A DNA stretch of 64,000 nt. Origin: Dehalococcoidia bacterium. Lineage in GTDB: Bacteria > Chloroflexota > Dehalococcoidia > Lucifugimonadales > UBA3495. Shown here piece by piece: positions 36,357-44,767 of this stretch. The stretch spans positions 2,723,260 to 2,787,259 of the forward strand of contig CBDBHA010000002.1 in assembly GCA_965205495.1 (NCBI GenBank), read 5' to 3'. Within the stretch, counting starts at the first letter, position 1, and the number at the start of each line of letters is the position of its first letter. A program made the translations under genes and the position numbers. The notes under the pieces are model-generated. The model was given only the letters and a program-made list of their open reading frames with translations. It did not search any database and was not told the origin of the DNA.

Positions 36357-37544
36357 ATGTCAGTAGATAAAATAGTCCTCGCCTTCAGCGGCGGGCTGGA
36401 TACCTCGGTGGCCGTCCCCTGGCTCAAGGAACAGTACGGCGCCGAAATCATCACCTTGACCATGGACCTCGGCATGGTGGACCTGGATGCCATCCGCAGC
36501 CGTGCCCTCGCCGTGGGCGCGTCCAAGGCCCTGACCATCGACGCCCAGGACACCCTGGTTGAAGAGTTCATCTTCCCCACCCTCCAAGCCGGCGCCATCT
36601 ACGAAGGGGCCTACCCCCTCGCCACCGCCCTGGGCCGCCCCCTCATCGCCCGCTGCCTCGCCCAAGCCGCCCTCACCGAAGGGGCCTCCGCCGTGGCCCA
36701 CGGCTGCACCGGCAAGGGCAACGACCAGGTGCGTATCGACGTTGGCGTCGCCGCCCTGGCCCCCGGGGTCCGCGTAATCGCCCCCATCCGCGACTGGGGC
36801 ATGTCCCGTGAAGACGAACTGGACTACGCCCGGGAGCGCAACCTCCCCATCAGCCCCAGCCGCAGCCGCTTCTCGACGGACGAAAACCTCTGGGGCCGCA
36901 GCGCCGAGGCCGGCGAGTTGGAAGACCCCAACCTGGAACCGCCGGAAGAAGCCTTCGAGTGGACCAAGCCGGTCAACGAAACACCCTCCGGCCCAACCTA
37001 CCTGGAAATCCACTTTGAACAGGGCATACCCACCGCCGTCGACGGCGCGGCCATGAACGGCGCGGCCCTCATCCGCCACCTCAACACCATCGCCGGCGAA
37101 AATGGCGTGGGCCGCATCGACCACGTTGAAAACCGGCTGGTGGGCATCAAGTCGCGTGAAATCTACGAGGCCCCCGCCGCCGTGCTGCTCCACGCCGCCC
37201 ACCAGTCCCTGGAGGCCATGACCCTCAGCAAAGACCAAGCCAGGACCAAGGCCCGCCTCGCCCAGGAATACGCCGACATCGTCTACAACGGCCTCTGGTT
37301 CACCACCCACCGCCAGGACCTGGACGCCTACGTTCAGAGCACCCAGCGTTACGTCACCGGCGACATCCGGGTGCGCCTGCACCGTGGCGCCTGCACCGTG
37401 GTCGGCCGCCAGGCTCCCCAGGCTCTCTACCAACACCAACTGGCAACCTACGACCGGGGCGACGAGTTCGACCACTCCGCCGCCGAGGGCTTCATCTCCA
37501 TCTACGGCCTGCCCGTCCGCATCCAAAACCGGGTCCAGCCCTAA
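36357..37544 (+). CDS. argG: argininosuccinate synthase
   Basis: MSVDKIVLAFSGGLDTS. The ORF extends to 36321. The antisense ORF 36360..37526 is an artefact. Confidence 0.95.
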   Translation: MSVDKIVLAFSGGLDTSVAVPWLKEQYGAEIITLTMDLGMVDLDAIRSRALAVGASKALTIDAQDTLVEEFIFPTLQAGAIYEGAYPLATALGRPLIARCLAQAALTEGASAVAHGCTGKGNDQVRIDVGVAALAPGVRVIAPIRDWGMSREDELDYARERNLPISPSRSRFSTDENLWGRSAEAGELEDPNLEPPEEAFEWTKPVNETPSGPTYLEIHFEQGIPTAVDGAAMNGAALIRHLNTIAGENGVGRIDHVENRLVGIKSREIYEAPAAVLLHAAHQSLEAMTLSKDQARTKARLAQEYADIVYNGLWFTTHRQDLDAYVQSTQRYVTGDIRVRLHRGACTVVGRQAPQALYQHQLATYDRGDEFDHSAAEGFISIYGLPVRIQNRVQP

Positions 37545-37572
37545 CCAGTGTTAAAATGTCCCCAGCCTAACC

Positions 37573-38397
37573 GTGAATGAACGAGGTCCAACCCCAATGA
37601 CCACCCCCGCAACCCAACCCGCTTACCTGCTAGCCGCCCTGCAACGGGTCATCGAAGGGCTCAAGGCTTGTCGGCCCGAGCAGATAGTCCTCTTCGGGTC
37701 GCTGGCCCGCGGCGACGCCGGGGAAGGCAGCGACATCGACCTCATAGTCATCAAAGATACTGACCTGCCCCGCCACGACCGCGCGAGGGAATGCACAGAC
37801 CTCCTTCCCGCCCATCTGGGCGTGGGAGTGGACATCATCGTCTACACCACCCATGAAGTGGCAAGGATGATTGAACGGCGCAACCCCTTCCTGGCCGCGG
37901 CCTTCACCGACGGCGTGGTAGTCTACGACCGCAACCCCGCCCCCGGACCCCCTTCCCTAAAGTCCCGGCTCAAGGAACCGACAATGGAATCGCGTCTACG
38001 CAACGGGCACGTCTGGCTGGACTCCGCCGCAGACGACTTGAGAGTAAGCCGTGTGGTGTTCAATGCGGGCTTCGCTAACTTCGCCTGCTTCCACGCCCAG
38101 CAGGCCACCGAAAAATCCCTCAAAGCTTTCCTCATCTACTGCGGCTTTATCCTGGAACGCTCCCATTCGGTGGATGAATTGGCCCAAAGGTGCGCCGCGC
38201 AGGACCCCGATTCCGTTGCCATTGCCGACGATGCCCACACCGTAACCGGTTTTTACCTGGACACCCGTTACGCTACCAATGACAATGGTTTCATCCTGAT
38301 TCAGTACGACCTCTCCCAAGCGGAGGTCGCGTTGGAAGCCGCCGACAAGGTCTTCACTTTCGTCCTGTCTAGGATTCCGCCCCGCCCCCAGGAATAG
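37573..38397 (+). CDS. fused nucleotidyltransferase (MNT) - HEPN domain protein
   Basis: LFGSLARGDAGEGSDIDLIVI (GSxxRGx..DxD NTase) is followed by FHAQQATEKSLKAFL...ERSHSVDEL...LDTRY (HEPN). An alternative start lies at ATG 37597. Confidence 0.8.
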   Translation: MNERGPTPMTTPATQPAYLLAALQRVIEGLKACRPEQIVLFGSLARGDAGEGSDIDLIVIKDTDLPRHDRARECTDLLPAHLGVGVDIIVYTTHEVARMIERRNPFLAAAFTDGVVVYDRNPAPGPPSLKSRLKEPTMESRLRNGHVWLDSAADDLRVSRVVFNAGFANFACFHAQQATEKSLKAFLIYCGFILERSHSVDELAQRCAAQDPDSVAIADDAHTVTGFYLDTRYATNDNGFILIQYDLSQAEVALEAADKVFTFVLSRIPPRPQE

Positions 38398-38426
38398 CCG
38401 CTCCTATACCAAGCCAAGGAGGATAC

Positions 38427-39593
38427 ATGACCGTAGCCAGCCGAATGATGGACCTGGGCACCGAGACCGCCTTCGAGGTCCTGGCCAAGGCCCGGGCCCT
38501 GGAAGCCCAGGGCAAGGACGTTATCCACCTGGAAATCGGCGAACCCGACTTCGACACTCCCCGCCACATCGTCGAGGCCGGCATCCGCGCCCTCCAGGAC
38601 GGCCAGACCCACTACGGCCCCACCCCCGGCCTCCCCCAACTGCGCGAGGCCATCGCTCGCAACAGCCGGGAAGTGCGCGGCATCGACACCGACCCGTCCC
38701 ACGTCGTCGTCACCCCCGGGGCCAAGCCCATCATGTTCTACGTGATGCTGGCCATCGGTGAACCCGGCGTCGAAATTATCTACCCCAACCCCGGCTTTCC
38801 CATCTACGAGTCTATGATCCGCTTTTCCGGCGCCACCCCCGTCCCCATGCGCCTCTTCGAGGAGTCGGGCTACCACCCGGACCTCGACGACCTGGCTTCC
38901 AAAATCACCGATAAGACCCGCCTCATCATCCTCAATTCCCCGGAAAACCCCTGCGGCTCCGCCCTCACCCGCCAGGAATTGGAGACCATCGCCAACCTGG
39001 TCAAGCAGCGGGACGACATCTACGTGATGGCCGACGAGATTTACAAGGACATCATCTACACCGGCAAACACTTCAGCATCGCCGCCTTTCCCGACATGCC
39101 CCAGCGCACCATCATCCTCGACGGCTTCTCCAAGAGCTACGCCATGACCGGCTGGCGGCTGGGCTACGGCATCATGCCCCCGGAACTGGTCCCCCACATC
39201 ACCAAACTGGCGGTCAACAGCGTCTCCTGTGCCGCCACCTTCAGCCAGATCGCCGCCATCGCCGCCCTGGACGGCCCCCAGGACGAGGTACACGCCATGA
39301 CCGCCGAGTTCTCCCAACGCCGCCGCCTGATTACCGACGGCCTCCGCAGCATCGACGGCATCAACTGCCCCGAACCCGAAGGCGCCTTCTACGTCTTCCC
39401 CAGCATCCAGGGCACCGGCCTGTCCAGCGCCGAGTTCGAGGAACGCTCCTTGCAGGAAGCGGGGGTGGCCATCCTATCCGGCTCCGCCTTCGGCGAGTAC
39501 GGCGAAGGCTACGTCCGCCTCTCCTACGCCAACTCCGAAGAGAACATCCAAATCGCCCTGGACCGCCTAACCCGCTTCGTCCAGGGCCTCTAA
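38427..39593 (+). CDS. class I pyridoxal-phosphate aminotransferase (aspartate aminotransferase-like)
   Basis: 388 aa with FSKSYAMTGWRLGY (PLP-lysine motif) and an AAGGAGG SD. Confidence 0.9.
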   Translation: MTVASRMMDLGTETAFEVLAKARALEAQGKDVIHLEIGEPDFDTPRHIVEAGIRALQDGQTHYGPTPGLPQLREAIARNSREVRGIDTDPSHVVVTPGAKPIMFYVMLAIGEPGVEIIYPNPGFPIYESMIRFSGATPVPMRLFEESGYHPDLDDLASKITDKTRLIILNSPENPCGSALTRQELETIANLVKQRDDIYVMADEIYKDIIYTGKHFSIAAFPDMPQRTIILDGFSKSYAMTGWRLGYGIMPPELVPHITKLAVNSVSCAATFSQIAAIAALDGPQDEVHAMTAEFSQRRRLITDGLRSIDGINCPEPEGAFYVFPSIQGTGLSSAEFEERSLQEAGVAILSGSAFGEYGEGYVRLSYANSEENIQIALDRLTRFVQGL

Positions 39594-39651
39594 ACCCCCG
39601 CACGGCCGTTTTTCGAGACATAATCACTACCAAAAGACCCTCTCAAGAAAT

Positions 39652-39849
39652 ATGCCCAAGGTTCGGGATGCAGTAAGGATGTTGCAACAGGATGGTTGGC
39701 GGTTAGCGAGGACGCGCGGCAGTCACCGGCAGTTCCGTCACCCGAACAAGCCAGGTACGGTAACGATTGCAGGTCATCCCAGCCACGACTTAGCTCCAGG
39801 CACTTGGGCTAGTATTCGTAAACAAGCCGGGTTAACAGAGACAGAATAG
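39652..39849 (+). CDS. hicA: HicA family mRNA interferase toxin
   Basis: 65 aa: ...LQQDGWRLARTRGSHRQFRHPNKPGTVTIAGHPSHDLAPGT. Confidence 0.9.
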   Translation: MPKVRDAVRMLQQDGWRLARTRGSHRQFRHPNKPGTVTIAGHPSHDLAPGTWASIRKQAGLTETE

Positions 39850-39851
39850 CA

Positions 39852-40058
39852 ATGAAATACGTGGTAGTAGTAGAAAAGACACCAAACAACTACTCGGCTT
39901 TCGTTCCCGATTTGCCTGGTTGTGTCGCCACCGGGACAACGGAAGAAGAAATCCGCGTGTTAGTCCACGAAGCCATCAAACTCCACCTCCAAGGTATGCG
40001 GGCGGAGGGAATTACCCCACCCCAACCGCTGACCACCACCATGTTGGTAGAAATTTAA
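39852..40058 (+). CDS. hicB: HicB family antitoxin (UPF0150)
   Basis: 68 aa: MKYVVVVEKTPNNYSAFVPDLPGCVATGTTEEE... It starts 2 nt after hicA. Confidence 0.9.
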   Translation: MKYVVVVEKTPNNYSAFVPDLPGCVATGTTEEEIRVLVHEAIKLHLQGMRAEGITPPQPLTTTMLVEI

Positions 40059-40086
40059 AAGTAAACCTCGGCGCGGAGGTCCAATA

Positions 40087-40545
40087 ATGTTCATCAAAGT
40101 CGAACCCGCCGGGTTCTTCATGTACACCGTCCAAATGGCCTTCGACCTCGAAAACCCGGACAGCGAAGACGCCCTGGTCAAGGACTACCTCACCGGCCAC
40201 GAGTTGGAGCCCCGCTACCAATGGGAAGCCGACATCGACGGCCGCAACTGCCAGTGGTTCCAGTTCGGCGGCTGCTACCTGGGCAACCACCTCCAGGGCA
40301 TCGGCCAAATCCAACGCAACGCCGTAGAAGTTGAACTTCTCACCGAAGAAATAAACCGCAGCCTGGACTCCAACCCCCAGCAAACCGACGCACTAACCGA
40401 AGAGTCCCGCCAAAACCTGGTAACCGCCCTGATTACCGAACTCCACCAACCAGAAATCTTCGCCCCCAACGAAGATGGCCTCCTGGCCGTCAACCTGGAC
40501 CAGGAACAATTTTCCAAAACTCTCCATCGCCTCCTCCCCGCCTAA
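40087..40545 (+). CDS. hypothetical protein
   Basis: 152-aa ORF with a GGAGG SD and host-like G+C. No family was recognised. Confidence 0.5.
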   Translation: MFIKVEPAGFFMYTVQMAFDLENPDSEDALVKDYLTGHELEPRYQWEADIDGRNCQWFQFGGCYLGNHLQGIGQIQRNAVEVELLTEEINRSLDSNPQQTDALTEESRQNLVTALITELHQPEIFAPNEDGLLAVNLDQEQFSKTLHRLLPA

Positions 40546-40591
40546 CCCTACCCGGTTCCTGGTGAGCCCTTGAAACCACCACCCAGCAAAA

Positions 40592-40628
40592 AGCCCCGCC
40601 AACTCAAAACAGGCGGGGCTTTACTTTC
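40592..40628. terminator. bidirectional intrinsic terminator
   Basis: AGCCCCGCC-11 nt-GGCGGGGCT is flanked by caaaaa upstream and tttactttc downstream. It lies between the converging gene 40087..40545 and the tRNA. Confidence 0.6.
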
Positions 40629-40637
40629 AAAATTCCT

Positions 40638-40711
40638 TGGAGCGGGCGATGGGAATCGGACCCACGTGACTAGCTTGGAAGGCTAGAGCTCTACCACTGA
40701 GCTACGCCCGC
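40638..40711 (-). tRNA. tRNA-Gly (anticodon UCC), CCA encoded
   Basis: The reverse complement is GCGGGCGTAGCTCAGTGGTAGAGCTCTAGCCTTCCAAGCTAGTCACGTGGGTCCGATTCCCATCGCCCGCTCCA. The cloverleaf folds with a 7-bp acceptor stem and the anticodon loop CTTCCAA. Confidence 0.9.
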
Positions 40712-40848
40712 AAATTTTGGCAGGGACACCATTATAATTCGCCCAGGTCAGGGAACCAACCCCTACGCCAAGGACTTCAGTTCCTTTAAAGTGTCGTCCA
40801 GAGCGTCACGTAGGACCTAAACCCCGGCCTTTTAAACGGGGTTGCTCC

Positions 40849-41898
40849 CTACCGCCCCACCGCGTTAATTATGCTCTGCACCACCTCCGGCCCCGGTTTT
40901 ATCGACCCATCATCAACCCCGTGCATTGCCTCCACAATGGCGTCGTTGAACGGCGTCTCAACCCCATTCTCCCGGCCCTTGCTGCAAATCAACCCGTTCA
41001 TGAAGTCGATTTCCGAGTGCCGCCCCTTGTGCACGTCCTGGGCCATCGACGCCAGCCAGTTCACCCGGCCCCGCTGGGTCGACATGAAATCGTCCAGCTC
41101 CTCGTAAACGTCCCCCGTGTCGGCATCGGCCCACACCGCCGCCGGTTTCCCGTTGATGGCAACCACGTCCAACCCCTGGGCCAACCCCACCTGCGCCCCT
41201 TCCTTGGCCAGGTGAATCCGGATCATCCGGCAGCGCAAGTCGTCAGCCATGTCCTGGGAACCCAGCGTCGACATCGCCGAGATTGCGTTGCCCATCCCGT
41301 TCTGGCACAACTTCGCCCACCGCTCGCCCCACAGGTTATCGGTGGCATAGGCGGCGTCGATAACGTCCATCTTGCCGGCGATGTGCTCCGACCGAGGAGT
41401 TATCTTCCCGTCCTGCTCCCCCACCCGGAACACCGTGTAGCCGTGGTCCCGCCCGGGCGCGCCGCCCCGGTTGACGTGCCCCGGCTCCCACAGCGCCACC
41501 TCAATGTGCGACGCGATGCACCCAATCTCCCGGTCCTGCCCCACGATCCCCCCGATAATCGGGTCGTTCCAGCAGTTCTGCAACGAGATAAAATATCCTT
41601 CCGGCTTCACGTACCGCTTGATGAAATGCGTCGCCCATTCGGTGTCGTAGGACTTCATGGAGATGAAGGCGTAGTCGAAGGCCTCCGTGATCCCCTGGGC
41701 ATCGGTCAGGTGCATGGCCTTCACCGGCACGGTGAAGTCGCCCTGACTGCCGCTGGCCCGCAGACCGTCGGCCCGCACCTTTTCGACGTGCTCCGGCCAC
41801 ATATCAATGATCGTAACGTCCTCACCCTCCCGCGACAGATACGCCGCCGTGTAGCTGCCCAAAGCTCCGGCTCCCATAATAGCGATGCGATCACCCAT
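40849..41898 (-). CDS. ketopantoate reductase (ApbA/PanE) family oxidoreductase
   Basis: MGDRIAIMGAGALGSYTAAYL Rossmann N-terminus, 349 aa. The antisense ORF 40921..42057 is an artefact. Confidence 0.75.
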   Translation of the reverse strand: MGDRIAIMGAGALGSYTAAYLSREGEDVTIIDMWPEHVEKVRADGLRASGSQGDFTVPVKAMHLTDAQGITEAFDYAFISMKSYDTEWATHFIKRYVKPEGYFISLQNCWNDPIIGGIVGQDREIGCIASHIEVALWEPGHVNRGGAPGRDHGYTVFRVGEQDGKITPRSEHIAGKMDVIDAAYATDNLWGERWAKLCQNGMGNAISAMSTLGSQDMADDLRCRMIRIHLAKEGAQVGLAQGLDVVAINGKPAAVWADADTGDVYEELDDFMSTQRGRVNWLASMAQDVHKGRHSEIDFMNGLICSKGRENGVETPFNDAIVEAMHGVDDGSIKPGPEVVQSIINAVGR

Positions 41899-41960
41899 TT
41901 CAAGTCCTCCTATTTTCCCTTTTATACGTCAATCCCATTGGTGGCGAGCCCCCCACCCTC

Positions 41961-42228
41961 CAGTCCGTTCGTCCTGAGCCCGTCGAAGGGCCAACGGACG
42001 GTCGCACTAAACACCCAACCCGTTGGTGGTGAGCCTCCCCAACCCGTTTCGTGTTGAGCCCCGTCGAACCACCCCAACCCTGCAAACACCCAGTCCGTTC
42101 GCCCTGAGCCCGTCGAAGGGCCAACGGACGGTCGCACTAAACACCTATCCCGTTCGTGGTGAGCCTCCCCAACCCATTTCGTAGTAAGCCTCCCCAACCC
42201 GTCCGTGGTGAGCCCGTCGAACCACCTT
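41961..42228. repeat. two tandem approximately 130-bp repeat units
   Basis: cagtccgttcg(t/c)cctgagcccgtcgaagggccaacggacggtcgcactaaacacc starts at 41961 and again at 42091. The following approximately 75 nt are related. Confidence 0.85.
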
Positions 42229-42234
42229 CCTGTC

Positions 42235-43812
42235 TTAAAGCTCCACCAGCCGCGCGCTGTAAACGTGAGGCAGGTCTTGAATCTCTTGCAGCACCGGCGC
42301 GGGCACCGGATCGTCCAACCCCAATACCATCATGGCCCGCCCCCGGGGGCTCAACCGCCCCACCTTCATGAAGCTGATGTTGATGTTGTGCCGCCCCGCC
42401 ACCGTGCCCACCGCGCCCACCGACCCGGGTTGGTCCCGGTTGTCGACAAACAGCAAATACGGAGCCGACAACTCCAGGTCCATGGGGTAATCGTTAACCT
42501 TGACGATGCGCGGCCCGTCTTTTAGCGACGTCCCCGCTAGGCTGATCCCCTCCTTGGTGGTATGCAGCGTCACCGTAATCAAGCTGGCATACTCGGCGCT
42601 CTGACTGCTCTTCTGCTCGGTGATGCTCAGGCCCCGCCGCCGCGCCAACAGCGGCGCGTTGATGACGTTGACCTGCTCCGCAATCACCGGCGACAGCAGC
42701 CCTTCCAGCACCGACGCCCCCAAAATGGCCGTGTCGTGCTCCGCCACCTCCCCCTGGTACTGGACTGTGACGCCCACGAATTGGTCTTCCGCCAGGTGGG
42801 TCAACAGCTTGCCCAGCAGCCCCGCCACCAGGATGTAGGGGGCCACAATCTCCTGGACTTCGGGCCGCACAAAGGGCGCGTTCACCGTGTTGGCCGCCGG
42901 CCGCCCGGCCAGGATGGCCAGGACCTGTTCGGCGGCTTCGATGGCTACCTCCCGTTGCGCCTCCTCCGTCGACGCCCCCAGGTGGGGCGTGGCAATGACC
43001 TTGGGGTGTTGGGCCAGACTCCAATCCTTGGGCGGCTCGTCGGTAAAGACATCCAACGCCGCCGCGCCCAGCTTCCCGGCGTCTAATGCCTCCAGCAGCG
43101 CCGCTTCGTCAACAAGTTCACCCCGCGCCACGTTGATGAGCCGCGCGTCGGACTTCATCAGGGCCAGCTCGCGCGCTCCGATCAGCTTGTTGGTGCTGGG
43201 AGTCAAGGGCGTGTGCAGCGTCACGAAATCGGCGGCGCTCAACAGCTCTTCCAGGCCCACCAGCCGCGCTCCCAGCCGCCCAGCAAAGTCGGGCGATACG
43301 AAGGGGTCGTAGGCCAGCAATTGCACCCCAAAGGCCCGGGCCCGCCGCGCTACTTCCGTCCCGACGCGCCCCAGCCCGACCACCCCCAACACCTTGTCCC
43401 GTACCTCGATGCCCATGAACTCGCTGCGCCGCCACTCCCCTTTCCGCATCGACGCATACGCCTGCGGCACGTTGCGGGCCAACGCCAGCATCAACGCCAA
43501 CGTATGCTCGGCGGCGGCCACCGTGTTGCCGAGGGGAGCGTTGACCACCGGAATCCCGGCTTGGGTCGCGGCCTCCAGGTTGATGTTGTCCACGCCGATG
43601 CCGGCCCGGGCAATCACCCGCAGCCTGGCGCCGGCCTCGATGACCTTGGGGGTTACTTTCGTCTCGCTGCGGACCACCAGGGCCTCGTAATCCCCGATGG
43701 TGTCCACCAGTTCCGACTCCTTCAATCCCCGCTTGACGTCCACCTCCGCCTGCGTCCCCAAAAGGTCCAACCCCTCAGACGCGATGGCATCGGTAACCAA
43801 AATTTTCGACAT
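42235..43812 (-). CDS. serA: D-3-phosphoglycerate dehydrogenase with C-terminal ACT domain
   Basis: MSKILVTDAIASEGLDLL..., an NAD-binding GLGRVG motif, and 525 aa from the ATG at 43812. The ORF extends to 43839. Confidence 0.9.
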   Translation of the reverse strand: MSKILVTDAIASEGLDLLGTQAEVDVKRGLKESELVDTIGDYEALVVRSETKVTPKVIEAGARLRVIARAGIGVDNINLEAATQAGIPVVNAPLGNTVAAAEHTLALMLALARNVPQAYASMRKGEWRRSEFMGIEVRDKVLGVVGLGRVGTEVARRARAFGVQLLAYDPFVSPDFAGRLGARLVGLEELLSAADFVTLHTPLTPSTNKLIGARELALMKSDARLINVARGELVDEAALLEALDAGKLGAAALDVFTDEPPKDWSLAQHPKVIATPHLGASTEEAQREVAIEAAEQVLAILAGRPAANTVNAPFVRPEVQEIVAPYILVAGLLGKLLTHLAEDQFVGVTVQYQGEVAEHDTAILGASVLEGLLSPVIAEQVNVINAPLLARRRGLSITEQKSSQSAEYASLITVTLHTTKEGISLAGTSLKDGPRIVKVNDYPMDLELSAPYLLFVDNRDQPGSVGAVGTVAGRHNINISFMKVGRLSPRGRAMMVLGLDDPVPAPVLQEIQDLPHVYSARLVEL

Positions 43813-44035
43813 AAACTTCTTATCCAAAGACGTCCCCACTGGGACGCCGCACCCTCTTCAACAGGCCCTCCCAACGCTCACCACCCTCAACGGTTGCCCC
43901 AACCTAAGATATAGAAACCCGCAAATCAGCGCAACCACCGGCCCAAGCCCCAAGGGGTCAGTAACTTGTCCAGGTAGAGTCCGATTGGGTTTGGCAGGGA
44001 AGGTGGAATCCGAAGTTGGGGATTGGGTTTGGCAG

Positions 44036-44622
44036 GGATTTTAGATTCCTCCCTACGGTTCGGAATGACAGGTTGGGGGGGTCGGAATTGCGGGAAGTGG
44101 GTCGGCCCTTCGACGTGTGGTTCGACGGGGCTCACCATGATGGCGCAGGATGATGACCTTGAAGGTGGGATTTTTAAGGTGCTGGGACTTTTTAGGACAT
44201 TTGCTTCTTAGGATTGGTTTGGGGGTTGGACTTGTGCTTGTTTCGGCTGAACCGGGTTGGGGGCGGTTGGGGTGATATTCTTGGTAGATTGGACCTTTTA
44301 GGGCATTTTGGGAGTATTTTGGCGGTTATTGGGACATTGGGCTGGTTGTGCAGGCTGGCCGGTCCGGAAGGGTGGATTCTTGGGGTTAGGTCTGGTAGAT
44401 ATTATGGTAGAGAGTCGTCACCGGATGTGGCAAGGGGTAAGTGTCAGTGATTGGGGGGGTGGGGTCCTTCGACGTGGCTCAGGATGATAGTCCTATGGGC
44501 TCACCATAATGGCTCAGGGTTGAAGCCAGGGCCTTTTAATTCTCCCCAAATGCCGCTTCGACCCCCCTCACTCCGACCCCCCAACCGGTCATTCCGAACC
44601 GTAGGGAGGAATCTAAAATCCA
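44036..44622. mobile_element. approximately 590-bp composite MITE-like element with a C-depleted G/T-rich core
   Basis: The inverted 30-mers at 44040-44069 and 44588-44617 are the same TIR as the element at 1026..1236. Internal direct repeats lie at 44106-44155 and 44465-44518. In the core 44160-44400, C is about 11% by count. Confidence 0.6.
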
Positions 44623-44767
44623 TCGCCGCCAGCCCGTTTGCCAGGATTAGCCGCCGCAACCCCCCCACAACGACAATGAAAAAGCCCGCCCACTAACGTG
44701 AGTCCGTTGGCTCCGGAGTCTGGCAGACCGGTATAATCACACTAATCTCTATTTGTGACCGGGCAAG

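Noticed and set aside
39594-40637. Integrated island at tRNA-Gly delimited by a direct repeat of the tRNA 3' end.
   Set aside because: I could not find any copy of the tRNA 3' segment (tggagcgggcgatggg...) near 39600 or elsewhere in the window, and there is no integrase.
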